NCBI GenBank assembly: GCA_965140415.1
Contig: OZ223209.1
Coordinates: forward strand, 192,001-256,000
Reading direction: 5' to 3'
DNA: 64,000 nt
Origin: Myxococcota bacterium
GTDB lineage: Bacteria > Myxococcota_A > SURF-8
The position numbers and the translations under genes were made by a program. A model generated the notes under the pieces. It was not told where the DNA came from, searched no databases, and saw only the letters and a list, made by a program, of their open reading frames with translations. Below are positions 19,831 to 29,180 of the stretch, piece by piece (position 1 is the first letter of the stretch; the number at the start of each line of letters is the position of its first letter).

Positions 19831-21120
19831 CTATTCGGCGCTTAGAACGTCCGCCCAGGCTTCTGCCAGACCCTCGATATGTTCGACGCTATGGGCGGTG
19901 GATAAAAACGCCACTTCCCAAGCGGAGGGAGCCAGGTAATAACCCCGGTCCAGCATGGCGCGATGATGCCGGTTAAAGCGTGCAATCGCGCGCTCGGAGA
20001 CCTTTTCGGGCTGGCGCGGAAGTTCTCCCGTGTCCAGATACAGCCAGCCGATGGAGCCCACGCGCCGACTCTGGAAATCGCCGAAGCGTTCCTTCAATCC
20101 GGCGAAGGCGGCATCCTGTGCCTGTCCGAGTTTTTCCAAGCTGTCGTAGGCATCGGTCTGCTTCAATACGTCCAACGTCGCACAGCCTGCGGCCATGGCC
20201 ACGGGATTGCCGGAAAGCGTTCCGGCTTGATACACCTTGCCGTTGGGTGCGAATAACTCCATCAACGCCGCCGAACCGAGTAGCGCGCCGACCGGCATAC
20301 CGCCGCCCACGATCTTTCCAAGCGTTACCAGATCCGGGAGAATGCCCGTTTTGTGCATGTAGCCGCCGTAGTGCAGCCGGAAGCCCGAAATAACTTCATC
20401 GAAGATCAACAGCGCACCATGCTGCTTCGTGATGTCTCGCAAAAACTGCAAGTACTCGGGACGCTGCACGAGCAGGCCGCTGTTTGCCGGAAGCGGTTCC
20501 AGAATCACCGCTGCGATCTGATCCGGGTATTTTGCGAAGAGTTCGCGTACCGCCTCTTCATCGTCCAACGGAACAACCAGGGTTTCTCCGGCAATGGCCG
20601 CCGGGACGCCGTCGGAGGAGGCGATCGGCTGGGTGATCAAACCGCTGCCTGCTTTGACCAGCAGGTGATCGGCATGGCCGTGATAGCAGCCGGAAAACTT
20701 GATGATTTTCCCGCGTGCCGTCGCACCGCGCGCCAGCCGCACCGCCGACATGACAGCCTCGGTACCACTGCTGACGAAGCGTACTCGTTCGAATTCCGGG
20801 AAGGCATCCAATACGCGCTCGGCCAGATCGATTTCCCGCTTGCAGCAGGCTCCGAAGCTTAGCCCGTCCTGTAATGCCGCCGTGGCCGCTTCAACCACCG
20901 CCGGGTGCGCATGACCCAGAATCAACGGACCCCAGGAACCGCAGAAATCCACGTATTCATTGCCGTCGGCATCTGTGACTTTTGCTCCCGCACCTTTTTC
21001 GAAATAAACCGGATGGCCGCCGACGCTGCCGAAGGCGCGTACCGGCGAATTGACGCCGCCGGGCATCAAGTTCACGGCTCGTTCGTAATACTCACTCGAT
21101 TGACGATATCGATCACTCAT
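19831..21120 (-). CDS. hemL: Glutamate-1-semialdehyde 2,1-aminomutase
   Basis: PGGVNSPVRAF, SSGTEA, GCYHGH, FDEVISGFR, GKIVGGG, YQAGTLSGNP. Confidence 0.97.
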   Translation of the reverse strand: MSDRYRQSSEYYERAVNLMPGGVNSPVRAFGSVGGHPVYFEKGAGAKVTDADGNEYVDFCGSWGPLILGHAHPAVVEAATAALQDGLSFGACCKREIDLAERVLDAFPEFERVRFVSSGTEAVMSAVRLARGATARGKIIKFSGCYHGHADHLLVKAGSGLITQPIASSDGVPAAIAGETLVVPLDDEEAVRELFAKYPDQIAAVILEPLPANSGLLVQRPEYLQFLRDITKQHGALLIFDEVISGFRLHYGGYMHKTGILPDLVTLGKIVGGGMPVGALLGSAALMELFAPNGKVYQAGTLSGNPVAMAAGCATLDVLKQTDAYDSLEKLGQAQDAAFAGLKERFGDFQSRRVGSIGWLYLDTGELPRQPEKVSERAIARFNRHHRAMLDRGYYLAPSAWEVAFLSTAHSVEHIEGLAEAWADVLSAE

Positions 21121-21222
21121 CTTTGGCTCCGTCTTCTCTTTCACGGTTCAACAATTACCGAAATCACCATACTTGGATAAGGAAAGCTTTACCAGTGCTT
21201 TCCCGTCTTTTCAGGGTTCATC

Positions 21223-21939
21223 TCACTTCACGAGGTCGCATAGGGTTTCAGCCAGTACCGCATTTTCGGTGGAAGTGGAAACCACCGGTTGCAGGCCCTG
21301 CGAACGAAGCCAGTTTCCGGTGGTGCTGCCGATGGCAAGCAGTTTCTTTTCATGGGCAAACGGATTGGCTTGTAAAAAGCGTTTGGCGGCACTGGGACTG
21401 GCCAAAAGCACCGCATCGAATTTTTCGGTAACGACCGGCTTGGGTGGTTCCCGGTTTTCGTAGACTGTCAACGGATAAATCGTATGTCCCAATTCGGACA
21501 ATTTCGACGAGGCGCTGTCACGACTGTGATCGCCGCGCACGACCAGAACTCGCGATGCCAGCCCCAGTTTCGGGATCATGCGCTCGGCCAGATTCGCTCC
21601 GGTGGCGGGATCTGCCACGACATCCGGCGGCCAGCCAACGTCTTGCAGTCGTCGCGCCGTGCCGGGACCGACCGCGCCGATCAAACGAGGGCGATCCTGC
21701 GTGCGCCGCTCCGCCTGGCTTTGCAACCAACTGAAGAAGCCGCCAACGCCGTTTTTGCTGGCGAACAGGGCCGCATCCAATCGGTTCAATTCCGGCAGCG
21801 CCAGTACTTCCTCTTCCGAAGGAGCGACGAAGGCGATTTGCAGACAGGGCGCTTGAATGACGCGGATGCCGCGTTTGCCAAGCAATCCGGCTAATGGCGC
21901 ATTGTCCGCCGCTTCGCGTGTCAGGACAACGGTTGGCAC
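21223..21939 (-). CDS. hemD: Uroporphyrinogen-III synthase
   Basis: VVLTR, FASKNGV, AVGPGTA, ASPSA, AIGSTT; overlaps hemC. Confidence 0.88.
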   Translation of the reverse strand: MPTVVLTREAADNAPLAGLLGKRGIRVIQAPCLQIAFVAPSEEEVLALPELNRLDAALFASKNGVGGFFSWLQSQAERRTQDRPRLIGAVGPGTARRLQDVGWPPDVVADPATGANLAERMIPKLGLASRVLVVRGDHSRDSASSKLSELGHTIYPLTVYENREPPKPVVTEKFDAVLLASPSAAKRFLQANPFAHEKKLLAIGSTTGNWLRSQGLQPVVSTSTENAVLAETLCDLVK

Positions 21940-22880
21940 AGGCTTCCCTCCATGATTGCGGTTTCTTCGCCGCCTTTCAATACACGTTCCAATTCCTCAT
22001 AGGCGCGCGCGGTGGCTTCTTCCATTGTGGAATTTTCCACATACGCCGCCCGCCAGTTGCCGTGTTCGTCTTCATGACCCAGCCGGATACAGAAACCGCC
22101 TTTATCCAGTTTTTGTGCCCAGGCTCCGAAGGCCGCATGACAGCCGCCCTCGAAACGCGCCAATAGTTCACGCTCCGCCATCACTGCCTGCCAGGCGGCA
22201 TCGTCGTGAAAATCGCATAAGGCCTGCTTTACGCGCTCGTCGCCCAGGCGTAGTTCCACGCCCATTACCGCCTGTCCGGGTGCAGGAATCCAGATCGACG
22301 GATTCAATTCATAGACGTGCAACCCTTGCAGATCCAATTGCAGCCGATCCAGCCCGGCGCGCGCCAAAATGATGGCGTCGTATTCGCCGTTACGTAGTTT
22401 ATCGACGCGGGTGGGCACGTTGCCGCGCAGCATGGCGGCTTTTAAATGCGGTGCAAAGCGCCGCAATAGCGACTGCCGCCGCAGGCTTGTTGCACCGACT
22501 ACGCCGCCCGGTTTCACCGGCAAAGGCTGTTGTTCATCAAAAGATGCAGGATGCACCAGCAGCACATCGGCCACCGCCGCTCTTTTAGACACCGCCCCAA
22601 GTTCCAGGCCCTCGGGCAGTTCGGTGGGAAGATCCTTCAGGCTGTGAACGGCCAGATCCACGTTGCCCGCCAGAAGCTCGTCTTCGATTTCTTTCGTGAA
22701 AAAGCCCTTGTCCGCCTGTCCCTGTAACGCGCGATCCAGAAAGCGGTCGCCTGCCGTTTTGATGACCGTGATTTCGGCCCCGCCGTGAATGACTCCGGCG
22801 ACGTGATTGGATTGCCACAGGGCAAGCTGGCTGCCGCGCGATCCGATGATAAAAGTTTTATTGCCGTTAGGACTGCTCAT
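21921..22880 (-). CDS. hemC: Hydroxymethylbilane synthase
   Basis: GSRGSQLALWQ, KGFFTKEIE, AVHSLKDLP, RGNVPTR, EGGC. Confidence 0.97.
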   Translation of the reverse strand: MSSPNGNKTFIIGSRGSQLALWQSNHVAGVIHGGAEITVIKTAGDRFLDRALQGQADKGFFTKEIEDELLAGNVDLAVHSLKDLPTELPEGLELGAVSKRAAVADVLLVHPASFDEQQPLPVKPGGVVGATSLRRQSLLRRFAPHLKAAMLRGNVPTRVDKLRNGEYDAIILARAGLDRLQLDLQGLHVYELNPSIWIPAPGQAVMGVELRLGDERVKQALCDFHDDAAWQAVMAERELLARFEGGCHAAFGAWAQKLDKGGFCIRLGHEDEHGNWRAAYVENSTMEEATARAYEELERVLKGGEETAIMEGSLCQPLS

Positions 22881-24099
22881 CGGCGTTCTCCGTGATTTCG
22901 TGAATGGAATTGAAAATGGAATTGGTGTATTCGCGGATCAGGCCGCGCAAACGGAAGGCCAGCCGGTTTCGATCCTCCTGGCTCAGTTGGGGCAGTTCCG
23001 TATCCAGCAATTGCGGAATGACTTCCTTGATGTAGCGCTCGTGCTGATTTTGCGTGGTTTCCAGCACTTTGACCAGGTTTCGTTCCCGGCAGAAGCGGGT
23101 GAATTCGCGCATGGCTTCGCGGATCACGCGTCGCATGTGGCGCATCCCTTCCGAATTCCCCGCCGGAATGACCAGCAGATCCTGCAAGGTATCCAAATCC
23201 ACGCGCACGAGCTTGTCCAATTCGGATAAGGCTGTCTCGCTCTGTACGGGAATGCCGATATCCACGATGGTCAACTCCCGCCCTTCGCGCGGCAGGATAT
23301 GACGTGCTCCCAATAGCGGCTTTTCCGAACTGGTACACAAAATCGCAGCGTCGGCCTGTTGTAAAAGCTCCGGCAAGCGCTCCAAAGGCTGAACCTTATC
23401 GCGCTGCAAAAAGGTGATCGTGCGATTGACACGCTCTGTCTGCCAGTTCGTGCGAGCCTTCAAACTCTGGTTGACCTGCCTGCCAATCGCTCCCGTGCCG
23501 ACCACGACTACCGAGTAAGGTTGCTTGGGATCGTGTCGTTCGGTTAGAAAGCGCACCGCGGCATCGTGTACGCCGCGCAGCGTCGTATCGCCCAACTGGG
23601 TTTGCGCCGCTTCACGCGCCACGCGCCCCAACAAAGGACTGAGCCCGTTCAGAATGACGGAGGAGCGTTGCCTCTGCTTGGCGATATTGAACGCACAGTT
23701 CAACTGCGTCGCGATCTGCCGTTCTCCGATTACGAAAGACTCGATTCCGCTGACCACGCGCAGCAGGTGTTCCACCGCCGCAATCCCCGTAAACACGTAT
23801 GGATCGGGGATTTTTCCCTCGCCGTCGTCCTTTTTCAGGCGGCGGATGAACTGCGCTTTTAAAATCTGCGCTGCCCACTGTGGCGTGCTGGAAGAAACGA
23901 TCCATTCGTTGCGATTGCAGGTATCCAGTACCACCAGCCCGCGTGCGATGCCGGAATCTTCCAGGCGGCGGTGCAGTTCGTCGGCCTGATCCGGCTTTGT
24001 GACCAGGCGCGAGCGCATCCCCGCGCCTGCAATGCGGAAGTCGTAGCCGATTACGGCCAGGGGAATTTCGATACAATCAAACGTTGCGTTGTGATTCAT
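22867..24099 (-). CDS. hemA: Glutamyl-tRNA reductase (divergent)
   Basis: TCNR catalytic Cys, SGIESFVIGERQI, GTGAIG, DIGIP; position within the hem operon. Confidence 0.88.
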   Translation of the reverse strand: MNHNATFDCIEIPLAVIGYDFRIAGAGMRSRLVTKPDQADELHRRLEDSGIARGLVVLDTCNRNEWIVSSSTPQWAAQILKAQFIRRLKKDDGEGKIPDPYVFTGIAAVEHLLRVVSGIESFVIGERQIATQLNCAFNIAKQRQRSSVILNGLSPLLGRVAREAAQTQLGDTTLRGVHDAAVRFLTERHDPKQPYSVVVVGTGAIGRQVNQSLKARTNWQTERVNRTITFLQRDKVQPLERLPELLQQADAAILCTSSEKPLLGARHILPREGRELTIVDIGIPVQSETALSELDKLVRVDLDTLQDLLVIPAGNSEGMRHMRRVIREAMREFTRFCRERNLVKVLETTQNQHERYIKEVIPQLLDTELPQLSQEDRNRLAFRLRGLIREYTNSIFNSIHEITENADEQS

Positions 24100-24104
24100 C
24101 TCAG

Positions 24105-25466
24105 TCACCTGCCCTCGATGACCTCGGCGATGGCCCTGGCGCACTCGCGTCCGCTGCGGGCTGCGTCGTCCATGCCGACTCCCTCCACGTAATTGCCGAT
24201 GACCGACAAGTGCCCGATCTGTTCGCCCAGCTCTTGAATGCGGCGCACGCGCTCGCGATGTCCGTGCGTAAACTGCGGGATTGCGTGGGGGTGTTTTAAA
24301 ACCTTATGAAACACCGGTTTCATGCGACGACCCAGAATGCGTTCCAGATCCTGCAAGGTGTCTTCGATCAGGGTCTCGTCGTTTTCGTTTACCGCCTGCG
24401 GATCGAAGGAGCCGCCGATATACACGGTTAACAGTTCATGACCTTCAGGCGCGCGCACCGGGTAGAGCTTGCTCATGAAAATACAGCCCAGCAGGCGCAC
24501 CTGTTGATTGCGCGGCACGAGAAAACCGAAGCCGTCCGGGATCGCAGCCGCGTCTTCACCGTTAACGGCCAGATGCGCCACGGCAACGGGTGCCATTTCG
24601 ATCTGATCGAAGAGCGCTCCCATTTGCGGAAATACCGGTTTGACCAGCATTGATGCGCGGTGCGGCGGCGTGGCCAGCACCAGATGCCTGGCGCGATAGG
24701 CGGCGACGTCGGTATTCACCTGCCAGCCGACCTTGTCGGAGATGATTTTCTTGACCGTTTCCGACAAATTCAGGCTGTTTCCCAGATCCATCGCCAGCCG
24801 CTCGGTGAGTACACCCAGTCCTTCGTCGAAACTGAACAGGCCGCGCAGCTTGGCGCGTTCGCCGCGCTCCTTGCGCTTTTTCTTCATATATTTGCGCGCC
24901 CCGGAAATCATCGAGCCGCTTTCCTTTTCCCAGCTCCACATCTTGGCAAAGGCGTCTGGAGCCGAGAGCCGTTCGGGATCGCCCGCATAGACGCCGGAAA
25001 TAAACGGCGCGATGACCCAGTCTGCCGCTTCCTTGCCCAATCGACGAATGAAGAACTCGCGCGCGCTTTCTTTTTCCGAGGCCCGATTGGGCATGAAGGG
25101 TTCCATCATCAAGCGCAACTTGCCGGGAAAACTGACGAATCCTGAAGAAAGGAAACTACCGGGCGAAGTCGGCAGACGATTCAAATTTCCTTCCCGATAA
25201 ATGTAGCGGGAATTGCCTGCCGCGCGCGCCGGTAACAGGCGATTTTCCAGCCCCAGCAATTCGATCAATTCCCAGATGGCGTCGCTGGAGGCCATGAAAC
25301 TGTGCGGTCCCTGCTCCAGCGTGTAGCCGTCGAGTTTCTCACTGCGCAGATTTCCGCCCGCCTTTTCGGCGACTTCGATCACGCGCACGGAAATACCCTC
25401 GCGTCGCAGATAATGGGCGCAACTCAATCCGGCCACCCCGCCGCCGATGATCACGACATCTTTCAT
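24105..25466 (-). CDS. hemY: Protoporphyrinogen oxidase, HemY type
   Basis: IIGGGVAGL FAD motif, EQGPHSF, GVYAGDPERLS, GFGFLVP, AIPQF. Confidence 0.93.
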   Translation of the reverse strand: MKDVVIIGGGVAGLSCAHYLRREGISVRVIEVAEKAGGNLRSEKLDGYTLEQGPHSFMASSDAIWELIELLGLENRLLPARAAGNSRYIYREGNLNRLPTSPGSFLSSGFVSFPGKLRLMMEPFMPNRASEKESAREFFIRRLGKEAADWVIAPFISGVYAGDPERLSAPDAFAKMWSWEKESGSMISGARKYMKKKRKERGERAKLRGLFSFDEGLGVLTERLAMDLGNSLNLSETVKKIISDKVGWQVNTDVAAYRARHLVLATPPHRASMLVKPVFPQMGALFDQIEMAPVAVAHLAVNGEDAAAIPDGFGFLVPRNQQVRLLGCIFMSKLYPVRAPEGHELLTVYIGGSFDPQAVNENDETLIEDTLQDLERILGRRMKPVFHKVLKHPHAIPQFTHGHRERVRRIQELGEQIGHLSVIGNYVEGVGMDDAARSGRECARAIAEVIEGR

Positions 25467-26443
25467 GCTCTGTCCTTATCCGCGTTTTCAATCGTTTTAC
25501 GCACCAGTTCCGCCAATCCGGCGATGAATCCGGCGTCGGTTTGTACCGTTGGAATCCGCTCGAAGCGTCCTGAGCCTGCTTGCTTGGCCAGTTCGCGTAC
25601 CTCGACATCCAGTTCGTACAAGGTTTCGATATGTTCGCTGACGAAACTGACCGGCACCAGCAGCAAGTCGTTACCGGTGGCGGCCACTTCTCGCACGGTT
25701 TCGTCCAGATACGGTTGCAGCCAACGCACCGGACCCAGTCGGCTTTGAAACGCAAGCCGATGTGCAACGCCTTCCGGCAATCGCTCGATCAGAGCCTGCA
25801 CCGTCTGCTCGATATGCTCCGGGTAAGGATCACCCTTGTTCACAGCCCGTTGAGGCAGGCCATGAGCGCTGAAAATCACCGTCGGATTGTTCAGATACGG
25901 CAGGCGGGAGTCGATCTCGTTGGCCATGGCGTCGATATAGCCAGGTAATGTCGGATAGGCCCCGACTGCATGAACGCCCAACCCGGCTTTCGCCGCCGCC
26001 TGCGTGAAATCTTTCAGAGAGCTTTCCGTAGTGGCGTGGCTGGCGTGTGGATAGAGCGGAAGCGCGACCACGTGTTCTACTCCCTGCTCAACGAGTTGCT
26101 TCACGGCGTCTTCGGCTCGCGGCTCGCTGTAGCGCATGGCGATGACCACCGGATAATTGTTAACCGAAAGCTGTTGTTGCAATGCCGCAGCCTGGGCGCG
26201 TGTCTGCTCCAAGATCGGCGAACCGCCGCCGATGGCCTGATAGCGCGGAATGACCAGGGGAGCGCGTTTGCGGCTGATACGCGCGGCGATCATGCGCCGC
26301 ACCGGAGCGATGGGAATGCCGATGATGTGAGGATCGCTGAGCAGATTATACAAAAAGGGACGTACCTGCTCGGTATTGGCCGGTCCACCCATGTTCAATA
26401 GTGCTACGCCCCAGCGTGGGGAATGTGATGCCTCGTGACTCAT
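25463..26443 (-). CDS. hemH: Ferrochelatase
   Basis: LLNMGGP, IGGGSP, AMRY, FSAHGLP, GDPY, QSRLGP..WLQP, FVSEHIETLYELD. Confidence 0.96.
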   Translation of the reverse strand: MSHEASHSPRWGVALLNMGGPANTEQVRPFLYNLLSDPHIIGIPIAPVRRMIAARISRKRAPLVIPRYQAIGGGSPILEQTRAQAAALQQQLSVNNYPVVIAMRYSEPRAEDAVKQLVEQGVEHVVALPLYPHASHATTESSLKDFTQAAAKAGLGVHAVGAYPTLPGYIDAMANEIDSRLPYLNNPTVIFSAHGLPQRAVNKGDPYPEHIEQTVQALIERLPEGVAHRLAFQSRLGPVRWLQPYLDETVREVAATGNDLLLVPVSFVSEHIETLYELDVEVRELAKQAGSGRFERIPTVQTDAGFIAGLAELVRKTIENADKDRA

Positions 26444-26450
26444 GACCCAC

Positions 26451-27860
26451 CTACACCGTTTGAGAATAGCGCCGCTGGGTGAGATCTTGTTCCAGATAGG
26501 CGTCGAAGACCATGCAGATGTTGCGGATAAAGGCGCGTCCAAGCGGCGAAACCTGAATCCGCTCGCCATCCAGTGTCAGCAGTCCATCCTGCTGCATCGG
26601 GACTAAGCGCTCCAACTCGTCGGCGAAAGCCTGATTGAAATCAATTCCCCAACGCTGCCCGAAAGCGTGACCGTCCAATTCGAAATTACAGAATAGATCG
26701 ATAATCAACTCCCGGCGCAAGTCGTCCTGCTCACTTAGCAGATAACCGCGTTCGAAAGCCGGACGACCTTTTTGCATGGCTTTGTGATAACCTTCGAAAT
26801 TCTTGCTGTTTTGTGCGTAAGTCCGTGAAACGGAACTGATGGCCGATACACCGAAACCGGCCAGATCCAGGCCGCGCCGGGTGGTGTAACCCATGAAGTT
26901 GCGATGCAGACTGCCCTTGGCCAACGCCAGGCAGAGTTCGTCTTCGGGTCGGGCGAAATGGTCCATTCCCACCGGGATATAGCCCGCCTGCGTGAAGATG
27001 TCGTAGGCGATTCCGAATAGCGCCAGTTTTTCATCCGGTCCGGGTATGGGGTGTTTTTCCAGCACCTTTTGATTCGATTTCATCCAGGGAACGTGCGCGT
27101 AGCTGTATAGTGCAATGCGCGAAGGCGAAAGTTGCACCGTTTGTTCTGCCGTGGCCTGCATGGTCTCCGGCGTTTGTCCAGGCAGACCGTAGATCAGATC
27201 GAAATTGACGGCCTGGCGTCCACGGGAGCGCAATGCCGTTACCAAGGCTTGTGTATGTTCCAACGATTGTTTGCGGTGGATGATATCGAGTACGCGCGGG
27301 TCGAAGTCCTGCACGCCCATCGAAAAGCGATTGAAACCCTGCTGCACCAGCACGTCCACGTGTTCTTCGGTTACGGTGCGCGGATCGATTTCTACCGAAA
27401 TTTCCGCACCTTCTCCAAAATGCCAGATCTCTTTCATGCACAGCATCATGCGTTCGAAACGCTCGGGCGTTAAAAACGTCGGCGTGCCGCCGCCCAGGCT
27501 GAGTTGCAGAACCGGGCGCGACGGATCCAGCGTTTGTGCGACCAGCTCGAATTCCCGCAACAGCGAATCGAGATAAGGATCCGCGCTTTCCGGGCGACTG
27601 GAAATATGAGTGAAACAGCCGCAGAAAAAGCAGCGCTCCCGGCAGAATGGAATGTGGACGTAAAAGGACAGGCCACGCTGCGGTTGCTCCTCGTTACCCG
27701 ACTTCCAGCGTCGCTGCAACTCATCCCAATCCAGATCGGGTGTGAAGTGCGGAGCGGTCGGATAGCTGGTGTAGCGTGGCCCGGCAGTGGCGTAACGTTG
27801 CAACAATTCCTTGGGCGCAAGCGCGGGATTGGGGGGAATCGCTAGCGGATCGGTCGGCAT
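26451..27860 (-). CDS. hemN: Oxygen-independent coproporphyrinogen III oxidase
   Basis: GPRYTSYPTA, HIPFCxxxCxxC, GGGTPT, HRNFMGYT. Confidence 0.96.
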   Translation of the reverse strand: MPTDPLAIPPNPALAPKELLQRYATAGPRYTSYPTAPHFTPDLDWDELQRRWKSGNEEQPQRGLSFYVHIPFCRERCFFCGCFTHISSRPESADPYLDSLLREFELVAQTLDPSRPVLQLSLGGGTPTFLTPERFERMMLCMKEIWHFGEGAEISVEIDPRTVTEEHVDVLVQQGFNRFSMGVQDFDPRVLDIIHRKQSLEHTQALVTALRSRGRQAVNFDLIYGLPGQTPETMQATAEQTVQLSPSRIALYSYAHVPWMKSNQKVLEKHPIPGPDEKLALFGIAYDIFTQAGYIPVGMDHFARPEDELCLALAKGSLHRNFMGYTTRRGLDLAGFGVSAISSVSRTYAQNSKNFEGYHKAMQKGRPAFERGYLLSEQDDLRRELIIDLFCNFELDGHAFGQRWGIDFNQAFADELERLVPMQQDGLLTLDGERIQVSPLGRAFIRNICMVFDAYLEQDLTQRRYSQTV

Positions 27861-27863
27861 GGC

Positions 27864-28895
27864 TCAGGCTCCAAGCTTGGTGATTTCATCTACGAACGCG
27901 GCAACGCCTTCGATCGGCGTATTGGGCCAGATACCGTGTCCAAGGTTGAAAATGTGGCCGCTCTGCCCGTCCAGTTCGGCGGCCATTTCACGCACGCGGC
28001 GGCGGATATGCGCTTCCGGCGCGAACAGTTCAGCCGGGTCCAGGTTGCCCTGGGTGGCGCTGCGACCCGCAATATGTTTACGCGCAACAGACAGCGGTGT
28101 GCGGTAATCGATGCCCAGGACCTGCACCCCGATTTCGGAGAGCGGCTCCAGGTAGGGACCGATACCGTTGATGTAATAGATGATCGGAGTCTTCGTTTCG
28201 CGCAGACCATCGACTAAATACGTCAAGGTAGGAAGCACCAGCTTTTCGAATTGCAACGGCGACAATTCCCCCGCCCAGGTGTCGAAAAGCTGTAGCGCAT
28301 CCGCGCCTTGTTCGATCTGCATACGCAGATATCGCAGCAGTACCGAGCTTAAGCGCTCCAATAACTCATGGATGAACCCCGGATCGCTGTAGGCGCGGGC
28401 GCGCAGGGCAGGACGGCGCTTGGCTTCGCCGCCGGTGATCATATAGGTGGCCAGCGTGTATGGCGCACCGGAAAATCCGATTAACGCCTTGTCCTCTCCG
28501 ACACCCTGCCGGATGGCTTGCAAAGCCTGACCGACATATCCCAGCGCCTGCTCCACATCCGGGTCTACCAGGCGGTCGATGTCCTTCAAACTGCGCAAAG
28601 GTGGGGCCAATCGCGGGCCACCGTCGGGGAAGCTGACATCCATGCCCATCGCTTCAGGCACTACCAGAATATCCGAAAAGAGGATAGCGGCATCCAGTTC
28701 GAAACGTCGGAAGGGTTGCTCTGCGACTTCCCGCGCCAAAGCCGGGGTGCGGCAGACTTCCTCGAAGGAATGCTTCTCCTTGATCGCCATGTATTCCGGC
28801 AGATAGCGGCCCGCCTGGCGCATCAACCAGACCGGGGGACGATCGACCGGCAAGCCTTTGCAGGCGGCCAGAAAACGTTCTTTTCCCTTCATCAT
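27864..28895 (-). CDS. hemE: Uroporphyrinogen decarboxylase
   Basis: PVWLMRQAGRYLPEY, AILFSDIL, QGNLDP, HIFNLGHG. Confidence 0.97.
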   Translation of the reverse strand: MMKGKERFLAACKGLPVDRPPVWLMRQAGRYLPEYMAIKEKHSFEEVCRTPALAREVAEQPFRRFELDAAILFSDILVVPEAMGMDVSFPDGGPRLAPPLRSLKDIDRLVDPDVEQALGYVGQALQAIRQGVGEDKALIGFSGAPYTLATYMITGGEAKRRPALRARAYSDPGFIHELLERLSSVLLRYLRMQIEQGADALQLFDTWAGELSPLQFEKLVLPTLTYLVDGLRETKTPIIYYINGIGPYLEPLSEIGVQVLGIDYRTPLSVARKHIAGRSATQGNLDPAELFAPEAHIRRRVREMAAELDGQSGHIFNLGHGIWPNTPIEGVAAFVDEITKLGA

Positions 28896-28959
28896 CCGCG
28901 TTGTTCTCCTCTTTCAGCCTTGCCAAGATTCCAGATGATACCCGAATTTGCACTCTTTG

Positions 28960-28986
28960 TGTCATGGTTTTGTCACAAATTGTCGA
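28960..28986. promoter_or_regulatory. Three TGTC(A) direct repeats, candidate OmpR/PhoB-family operator
   Basis: TGTCAT-GGTTT-TGTCAC-AAAT-TGTCGA with 11- and 10-bp periods, 65-90 bp upstream of hemE. Confidence 0.5.
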
Positions 28987-29180
28987 TATCACCGGTTTAT
29001 AGGAAGGAAATTGTGTTCGAAAGAATCCTTTTCTATGGATTTTCATGAGCTGCCTTTCTTATCCTTTGATTTGTGATGGAGTAGCGCTTGCATTTCCCGG
29101 CGCTTTTTGAATAATGGATTACATGATTCCCGGGAGCGGGTGTCCTTCGAGTCTCCCGGACAGCCATGGGACGAGGTCAA

